DNA of 4,752 bases from a virus (Duplodnaviria; Heunggongvirae; Uroviricota; Caudoviricetes): IMG/VR virus record IMGVR_UViG_2579778921_000002. One strand, given 5' to 3'. Both the position numbers and the translations under genes were made by a program. Of the stretch, positions 1 to 4,752 are shown one piece after another. The notes beneath the pieces are model-generated. The model saw nothing but the letters and a program-made list of their open reading frames with translations, had not been told where the DNA came from and ran no database searches. Numbering within the stretch: the first letter of the stretch is position 1; every line of letters begins with the position of its first letter.

Positions 1-573
1 TTCTGGCATGTTTGCCGCAGGTCTGATCTTGTATATTGCAGTCAAACCAGACGTACATCTTGACCATATTCTTTTCGGCGACATGCTCGGGGTAACCATC
101 GGCGATATAATCCAGACGGTGATTATTGCCGGGCTGGTTACACTTGTTATTAGCGTAAAATGGCGGGATTTTTTGCTGTTCAGCTTTGATTATCAACAGG
201 CGCAGGCAAGCGGTTTGTAAGCGGTTTGCATACGAGATGTCTGCATTATGGGCTGCTGTGCATGGTCTCTCTGACCATTGTGGCGACGCTGAAAGCGGTA
301 GGTATCATTCTCTCCATTTCTCTGCTCATTGCGCCTGGCGCCATTGCGGTACTCCTGACACAACGCTTTCATATTGCGCTCCTACTGGCGATTGGCATAT
401 CGGTAATAGTGTCAATGACTGGTGTCTGGTTGTCCTTTTTTATCGACAGTGCACCAGCTCCGACGATTGTCGTCTTATTCGCGGTTGTGTTCATCATGAC
501 GTTCACCGTTACCAGCATCAACGCACGCACAAAGGGAAACACCCATACACAGGATTTGTCATCACCCAATTAG
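1..573 (+). pseudogene. sitD: 3' portion of an ABC-3 family metal (Mn/Fe-type) ABC transporter permease gene, SitD/YfeD/MntB-like, continuing upstream of the window. The reading frame is interrupted by an 11-bp insertion at 218-228: the upstream part is in frame 2 (2..220, ending at TAA 218-220) and the downstream part in frame 1 (229..573).
   Basis: The frame-2 translation (…LFGDMLGVTIGDIIQTVIIAGLVTLVISV…FDYQQAQASGL) and frame-1 translation (HTRCLHYGLLCMVSLTIVATLKAVGIILSISLLIAPGAIAVLLTQRF…) are both strongly hydrophobic, multi-helix and typical of ABC-3 permease C-terminal halves. Removing nt 218-228 joins them into one continuous protein. The symbol is a best guess from family resemblance and context, not a confirmed identity. 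Confidence 0.6.
208..228 (+). repeat. Imperfect tandem duplication: aagcggtttg (208-217), T (218), aagcggtttg (219-228). It is the cause of the frameshift and premature stop in the permease gene.
   Basis: Direct reading of the sequence; T218 with A219-A220 forms TAA in the upstream reading frame. Confidence 0.85.
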
Positions 574-710
574 CACAACATCCGAGGGCAGCATCGTCCG
601 CTGGCCCACAGAAGTCCGGAAAGTCATGGAAGGTCGTTGTTGGGAGGAGGTACAAATTCTCTCATGCAAAAAATACGTAAAATCGATAATAGCTGGAAAT
701 AATTCAATAC

Positions 711-771
711 ATGCACTCTCGAAAGTGCATCAGCCAACCGCAGAACGTTATTGCATACAACGTTTCTGCGG
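711..771. other. Two adjacent inverted repeats in the intergenic junction. Hairpin 1 is 711-730 (atgcact / ctcgaa loop / agtgcat, 7-bp stem). Hairpin 2 is 738-771 (ccgcagaacgtt / 9-nt loop / aacgtttctgcgg, about 12-bp stem with a 1-nt bulge). Function is unknown.
   Basis: Complementarity checked by eye. Neither hairpin is followed by a clear T-run on either strand, so they are not canonical intrinsic terminators. Confidence 0.35.
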
Positions 772-924
772 CATAATCCCAATGATTACTCCCTGACAGG
801 GTTCGTAGGCCACTCAATATCAGGTGCAGTTGATGTATCAACACGGTTCAGCAGCATCCGATACTTTTTCCAGGCTTCCAGCAACGGGGTTTCTTCCTCC
901 GTTGCATATACAGCTCACCTTTTT

Positions 925-1218
925 TCACCCACGATTAACCAACAGCCAGACCAGCAGACACGCCACCACCGGCACAGCAAAATCCATCAGGCTTGCCACA
1001 TCCCATGCACGTGTATCAAAACCGCCCCACCACGGCATATTCATTCGCTTGCCATGCCCGAACATTTCGATCCAGCGATATTCTGCCTGGGTGTGTTCAC
1101 GCGCAATGAAGAACGTACAACCGGCTATCGCCCCGTAAGCCCAGTTCCCGGTAAAAAGACCAATCAGTAGCTGCGCAGCCACAGCACAAAGCGCATGAAG
1201 GAAAGGTGTTATATCCAT
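925..1218 (-). CDS. Hypothetical small membrane protein of 97 aa with two hydrophobic segments (N-terminal ALCAVAAQLLIGLF and C-terminal FAVPVVACLLVWLLV). Possibly a prophage cargo (moron) gene.
   Basis: ATG at 1216-1218 is preceded on the minus strand by a strong Shine-Dalgarno, GAAGGAGGAG (plus-strand 1221-1230), at good spacing. The ORF is uninterrupted and the hydrophobic segments are flanked by charged residues. The overlapping plus-strand ORFs have implausible composition. Confidence 0.6.
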   Translation of the reverse strand: MDITPFLHALCAVAAQLLIGLFTGNWAYGAIAGCTFFIAREHTQAEYRWIEMFGHGKRMNMPWWGGFDTRAWDVASLMDFAVPVVACLLVWLLVNRG

Positions 1219-1239
1219 TACTCCTCCTTCATCCTACCC

Positions 1240-1262
1240 AATAAAACGGGGCGCTCGGCCCC
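1240..1262 (-). terminator. Putative Rho-independent terminator for the minus-strand tail-fibre operon. On the minus strand it reads GGGGC-CGAGC-GCCCC followed by GTTTTATT.
   Basis: 5-bp all-GC stem at plus 1248-1252 and 1258-1262 with a 5-nt loop and a U-rich tract, located 7 nt downstream of the orf346 stop (1269-1271). Confidence 0.5.
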
Positions 1263-1268
1263 TTAATA

Positions 1269-2309
1269 TTATTTAGACGCAAGCGCCGCCTCAATTACAG
1301 ATAATCTTTGTCTTAATTCTGCGTTTTCTTCTTCCAGTGCTGTTATTCTGTCGTCTGACTCTCTGGCTACCTGAACAAGCAAGCCAGTAACACCAGAATA
1401 ATCTACTGTGTAATAACGTTCACCTTCTTCACCTTCCGATCCGCTCGCACCGTCCTGATATTTCATTGCGGAACCTACAACTTCTGGGATTGCTTCCAGA
1501 GCTTCCTGTGCAATGACACCAGCATAGGGCATACCGTTTTCTTTAAGCGTGTATGTATAGCCGTTCATTTTACGGATGCGGTCGGTTGCATTATCGATCA
1601 CCTGAATGTTGTCTTTCAGATCCCGGTCGGAATGCTGGTTAAATGCGGTGGCATGACATGCACCATTAACGCTTAACATATAGGTGTTATCGGTATTTTT
1701 CTGCGCATAGAACATATAAGCGCCACCATCAACACCGACTTCATAAACAACAGGACGGCTGGAATTTCCCCATAATAACGTCGACACACCAGAATACGCC
1801 GTACCTTGCGTGTTTAGTGTCATGGTCGACCCGTGATTAGCATATTTGATCTGCAATGAGTCTGTATTATCAAACTTAATAAGCGCGTTACTTCCCCGCA
1901 CACCATACGACATGAGACAGTTCCCCATCTTAAGGTAACCATCACTGCCTGGAAAAATTAAAGTTCCTCCGTAAAGATCACTAAAGTCCCAAAAGATACC
2001 TTTTGTCCCGTTATGTGTGACGATCCTCGTCATTGTATCTTTAGTACCATCAATATTTTTTCTGGTATATATGTCACTATAAGCGTTTTCCGTTTCACCA
2101 GTCTTATTTGACAAATGCAGCTTACCGCTGAATATAGTTCCAGTTGTTGGCAATGTTTTTTGATCATAGATTACATTGCAATAACCATTCCATGTTGTTT
2201 TATTGTCTACATAAGATTTTGTTGCGTAGCTTCCTTGATCGTTTTTTAATTTGCTAACGTCGGATTTTAGCGTTTTGATGTCATCAGGAATTACTGTCGA
2301 TGTAGCCAT
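1269..2309 (-). CDS. Phage tail fibre / receptor-binding-type protein of 346 aa. The N-terminal ~226 aa is a Gly/Thr/Asn/Tyr-rich, probably beta-rich domain. The C-terminal ~120 aa resembles the intramolecular chaperone auto-processing domain (Peptidase S74-like) of phage fibres and tailspikes.
   Basis: The C-terminal segment begins HSDRDLKDNIQVIDNATDRIRKMNGYTYTLKENGMPYAGVIAQEALEAIPEVV and ends in a predicted coiled coil (RITALEEENAELRQRLSVIEAALASK), matching the S-D-x-R-x-K-x-N-I signature of intramolecular chaperone domains. A GAGGAAG Shine-Dalgarno overlaps the stop of the upstream 93-aa ORF. Confidence 0.8.
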   Translation of the reverse strand: MATSTVIPDDIKTLKSDVSKLKNDQGSYATKSYVDNKTTWNGYCNVIYDQKTLPTTGTIFSGKLHLSNKTGETENAYSDIYTRKNIDGTKDTMTRIVTHNGTKGIFWDFSDLYGGTLIFPGSDGYLKMGNCLMSYGVRGSNALIKFDNTDSLQIKYANHGSTMTLNTQGTAYSGVSTLLWGNSSRPVVYEVGVDGGAYMFYAQKNTDNTYMLSVNGACHATAFNQHSDRDLKDNIQVIDNATDRIRKMNGYTYTLKENGMPYAGVIAQEALEAIPEVVGSAMKYQDGASGSEGEEGERYYTVDYSGVTGLLVQVARESDDRITALEEENAELRQRLSVIEAALASK

Positions 2310-2318
2310 TTTTCTTCC

Positions 2319-2600
2319 TCACATCCAGCCACGAAGTTGATGCTCAACAGCAACCACGTATTCATCGAATAATGACGATATTTGCGAATCATTAATGATG
2401 CGCACGTTTACAAAATATCCGTCTTCCTTAACACATACCGGTTCGCCATCTTCAGTCAGTTCTCCGGTTTCTTTGTACACGTTACCTATCACGTCGATAA
2501 GAATATCATCCTGCATCGACTCGTCATCATAATAGCCAATACTCTCCATAAAGGCCGAAAAGTCGGCCCTGTCTTCAAATTTGAGTGTTAAATCTTTCAT
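2319..2600 (-). CDS. Hypothetical small, highly acidic protein of 93 aa (22 Asp+Glu against 7 Lys+Arg by direct count). Translationally coupled to stf; possibly a fibre assembly or adaptor factor, or an acidic anti-defence-type protein.
   Basis: Its ATG (2598-2600) overlaps the stf stop (2600-2602) as TAATG on the minus strand. The ORF is uninterrupted with coding-like composition. No family was recognised from memory. Confidence 0.7.
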   Translation of the reverse strand: MKDLTLKFEDRADFSAFMESIGYYDDESMQDDILIDVIGNVYKETGELTEDGEPVCVKEDGYFVNVRIINDSQISSLFDEYVVAVEHQLRGWM

Positions 2601-4752
2601 TAGATTGACTCCCCCACCTGAGCATCAGTCAATGCCTTGTGCCATATTCTGAAATTCCTGACATGACCAAATAAATGACGTAACCCGGCTGTAGTCTGGC
2701 CTCCAATACGGATAATTGCGGTGTTCTGAATACAGGACCATGTGGTTTTTGTTTCGCTGGATATATGCCCGTTACTTACTGAGCACGTAGACTGCTCTGA
2801 CTTTACACGCATCCCCATAACCATTTTTTCAAGCGATGCGTTTTCGTTTACCCGTCTGTTAGCCAAACCTATATCACAATAAGGAAATCCGTCGTAATCT
2901 GTTCCTCCAATATCGCAATAAGGAAATCCGTCGTAATCTGTTGAACGACCGAAGCCAAGAATAATAGCCGCTCCGGTTTGATGACCGCCGGTATCAAAAA
3001 CACGTGGCGCTGCATTTGGCGTTTTATACCAGTTCTTATGTACCTCACAAAGAACCGTAAAAGGAAGATTATAAAGATTATTCTTAATTGGAACTGTAAC
3101 TATATCGCTTGCGCGGGTCGCCGCCGTCGCTCCTGATATAATAAAAGATGATACACAAGGCCCATCTTCTACTTGTGGGGTGGCCAGATAAATATAGTCA
3201 CCAGATACGGTTGCCCCGCTCTGCTTAGGAGAATACTGTATCTGAGAGCCTATTTTTAACTCCCCATCAATTGCCTGAATTGTTGCCTCTGCAAAAATCC
3301 ATCCGGTAGCTTCGTCCTTTCTGACTCTCGCTGTAATCCTTGAGGCAGCACCGCCTGTCATATTAATTTCAAGCGTTTGTGTATCAATATACGCATCACC
3401 AAGAAAAGTTGTTGCGCTACCGTCATATTTATCAAACCGGATACGCAACCTTACCTGCAGTTCTGTTTTAAAACGACATGAGGTTGTCACGTGTTTATTA
3501 TCGCCTGAGACATCAACTGACTTTGTTGCAGCAATTGATGCCATATTAATGGCTGAGGTTTGCCCAATCAGAGAATCGTTGCAGACAAACTTTCCATAGG
3601 TAAAACCAAAATTATCCGTCCCTGTTTCGGGCACATCCATATTTGACGATCGCCCCCAACTGGCAGGGCTTTCCGAATTGAGCATGTAGTTTGTTCTTTG
3701 CCCCTCAATAAGCAGGCCATCACGTTCAAATCGTGGCTCGTCAATGGCAGCCTCTGTCAGCACACCAGATTTGTTAATATAGGTTGCTTTCGATGCACGT
3801 TTAAACTTAACAATCTTGTCGCCAGGCATCGTTATTTCATCGTCACCAATAACAATTTTTTTATATGACGGCGAAAAGCCCGTAATCATATCCAGCGAAT
3901 CGTTAAATGGTATCCACACATCAGGCAGCGGCTGTAAGACATATTTATACGGCTCCGCAGCCTGGCTTGCGTACTCTCTGGCTGCATCTTCGCTTGCTTT
4001 AGCTGCCGTCTGGCTTGCTGCCGATGCTTTCGCTGAGTTCGCAGCCGCTGTTTCGCTCACCTTTGCGTTGGTTTCACTGGTTTTTGCTGCTTTTTGACTG
4101 TTAGCTGATGCAGTGGCAGAAGCAGCCGCCGCGCTTGCAGAACTGGCTGCGGCACTCTCGCTTTGAGCCGCTGCATCCTGACTGCTTTTCGCCGCAGTTT
4201 CACTGGCTTTGGCATTCGTTTCGCTGGTCTTCGCTGCCGTCTGGCTGGACTTTGCGTTAGTTTCACTCGTCTTCGCAGCTTTCTGGCTGTTAGCCGCAGC
4301 AGTTGCTGATCCAGCTGCTGAAGTCGCAGAACCGGCTGCCGCGCTCTCGCTTTGGGCTGCTGCAACCTGGCTGTTTTTTGCCGCAGTTTCACTGGCTTTA
4401 GCATTCGTTTCGCTGGTTTTCGCTGCCGTCTGGCTGGACTTTGCGTTGGTTTCGCTCGTCTTTGCGGCTGTCTCACTGTTTTTCGCGTTGGTTTCTGATT
4501 TTTTGGCTGCTGTCGCGGAGTTTGCCGATGCAGTCTGTGAGGTCGCTGCCGCCTGTGCGCTGTTAGCTGCATTCGTTTCTGAGGTTTTCGCCGCGTTCTT
4601 CGATGATGCCGCTGCAGTTTCGGATTTCTTTGCCGCCGCTGCGCTCTGAGAGGCGGCTTCAGCGTTGCGTGCCGCTTCTTCCACCATTTCCTCAAAACGA
4701 CGCAATGCCTCCGGCATGACATCATCTTCCGTCATGGCACCGAGAAAATCAT
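2600..4752 (-). CDS. stf: Lambda Stf-type side tail fibre protein, 5'-partial (the N-terminus lies beyond the window end). It has a conserved Stf segment, an Ala/Ser/Thr-rich heptad-repeat shaft, and a divergent C-terminal region of about 450 aa ending in a concanavalin A-like (LamG-type) lectin-like domain.
   Basis: The frame stays open to the window edge (…DFLGA-MTEDDVMPEALRRFEEMVEEAARNA), which matches the lambda Stf segment …DFLCAMTEDD…LRR…MVEE…ARNA as recalled from memory. It is followed by about 235 aa of KTSETNA-type repeats. The C-terminus, LRHLFGHVRNFRIWHKALTDAQV, resembles the terminal strand motif of LamG/ConA-like domains. Confidence 0.9.
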   Translation of the reverse strand, partial: DFLGAMTEDDVMPEALRRFEEMVEEAARNAEAASQSAAAAKKSETAAASSKNAAKTSETNAANSAQAAATSQTASANSATAAKKSETNAKNSETAAKTSETNAKSSQTAAKTSETNAKASETAAKNSQVAAAQSESAAAGSATSAAGSATAAANSQKAAKTSETNAKSSQTAAKTSETNAKASETAAKSSQDAAAQSESAAASSASAAAASATASANSQKAAKTSETNAKVSETAAANSAKASAASQTAAKASEDAAREYASQAAEPYKYVLQPLPDVWIPFNDSLDMITGFSPSYKKIVIGDDEITMPGDKIVKFKRASKATYINKSGVLTEAAIDEPRFERDGLLIEGQRTNYMLNSESPASWGRSSNMDVPETGTDNFGFTYGKFVCNDSLIGQTSAINMASIAATKSVDVSGDNKHVTTSCRFKTELQVRLRIRFDKYDGSATTFLGDAYIDTQTLEINMTGGAASRITARVRKDEATGWIFAEATIQAIDGELKIGSQIQYSPKQSGATVSGDYIYLATPQVEDGPCVSSFIISGATAATRASDIVTVPIKNNLYNLPFTVLCEVHKNWYKTPNAAPRVFDTGGHQTGAAIILGFGRSTDYDGFPYCDIGGTDYDGFPYCDIGLANRRVNENASLEKMVMGMRVKSEQSTCSVSNGHISSETKTTWSCIQNTAIIRIGGQTTAGLRHLFGHVRNFRIWHKALTDAQVGESI
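2867..2948 (-). repeat. In-frame tandem duplication of about 39 bp inside the stf C-terminal domain, encoding (S/G)TDYDGFPYCDIG twice.
   Basis: Plus-strand 2871-2909 and 2910-2948 share 33 consecutive positions with one mismatch (a/g), which is synonymous (TGT/TGC Cys) on the coding strand. Confidence 0.9.
3956..4663 (-). repeat. Ala/Ser/Thr-rich repeat region of stf with 21-bp (7-aa) periodicity. It contains a higher-order 189-bp (63-aa) tandem duplication (two full units at about 4097..4474, plus a partial third toward 4040).
   Basis: The anchor gccgcagtttcactggcttt occurs at 4191 and 4380 (period 189 bp) with about 85-90% identity over the surrounding unit. The protein shows KAAKTSETNAKSSQTAAKTSETNAKASETAAK(N/S)SQ… twice. 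Confidence 0.85.

Noticed and set aside
369-569. 66-aa minus-strand ORF antisense to the permease gene
   Set aside because: It is antisense to a well-supported coding region, short, and has no RBS or recognisable motif.
186-680. 164-aa + strand ORF (frame 3) overlapping the permease gene
   Set aside because: It lies out of frame over a region whose other frames encode a coherent hydrophobic permease. Its product is Arg/His/Cys-rich with no recognisable features, so it is most likely a non-coding overlap ORF.
664-702. 12-codon mini-ORF (MQKIRKIDNSWK) preceded by GGGAGGAGG
   Set aside because: The SD-like sequence is about 13 nt from the ATG and the ORF is tiny. A leader peptide or small protein is possible but there is not enough evidence to call a feature.
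574-924. tRNA gene or integrase-associated att site at the junction
   Set aside because: No cloverleaf-compatible sequence or tRNA-like conserved motifs were recognised, and no integrase gene is present in the window. The boundary interpretation remains speculative.
751-1170. 139-aa and 104-aa + strand ORFs (751..1170 and 824..1138)
   Set aside because: They overlap the minus-strand orf97, which has a strong RBS and membrane-protein character. Their products are His/Pro/Arg-rich and low-complexity, so they are probably spurious.
925-1218. Possible lipoprotein lipobox (IAGC, Cys34) in orf97
   Set aside because: The Cys is too far from the N-terminus and the N-region has no positive charge, so this does not look like a classical Lol-type lipoprotein signal. 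It is more likely an internal cysteine in a transmembrane helix.
2382-2591. 69-aa + strand ORF antisense to orf93
   Set aside because: It is antisense to a translationally coupled gene and has no start-site support.
3956-4663. CRISPR array or other repeat-spacer structure
   Set aside because: The repeats are contiguous and in-frame coding heptads within stf, with no unique spacers and no cas genes.
3816-4725. ORFs 3816..4097 (+), 4057..4725 (-, Arg/Gln/Pro-rich) and 4209..4649 (+, Ala/Phe/Val/Leu-rich)
   Set aside because: They are alternative-frame or antisense readings of the periodic stf repeat region. Repetitive GC-rich coding sequence lacks stop codons in several frames and produces low-complexity artefacts.
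2600-4752. Diversity-generating retroelement target or invertible (Pin/Gin-type) fibre segment
   Set aside because: There is no reverse transcriptase gene or template repeat in the window, and no inverted copies of fibre 3' segments or crossover-site-like inverted repeats. The fibre genes are all co-directional.

Overview
This window looks like the distal end of a lambdoid prophage tail-fibre locus in an enterobacterial (E. coli/Shigella-like) genome, next to a metal-transporter gene. All calls are from reading the sequence and ORF track by eye; no database search or computation was run. On the + strand, 1..573 is the 3' part of an ABC-3 family metal permease gene (SitD/YfeD/MntB-like) whose frame is broken by an 11-bp insertion at 218-228. 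A 350-bp intergenic junction (574..924) carrying two adjacent hairpins follows. The rest is a minus-strand gene string: a lambda Stf-type side tail fibre gene (2600..4752, 5' end outside the window), a 93-aa very acidic ORF (2319..2600) whose ATG overlaps the stf stop, a 346-aa fibre-like protein with a C-terminal intramolecular-chaperone-like domain (1269..2309), a putative terminator hairpin (1240..1262), and a 97-aa putative small membrane protein (925..1218). No tfa-like chaperone gene, tRNA, rRNA, CRISPR array, integrase or transposase is visible. The most interesting candidates are the unusual three-gene fibre module, the acidic 93-aa ORF and the 97-aa ORF.
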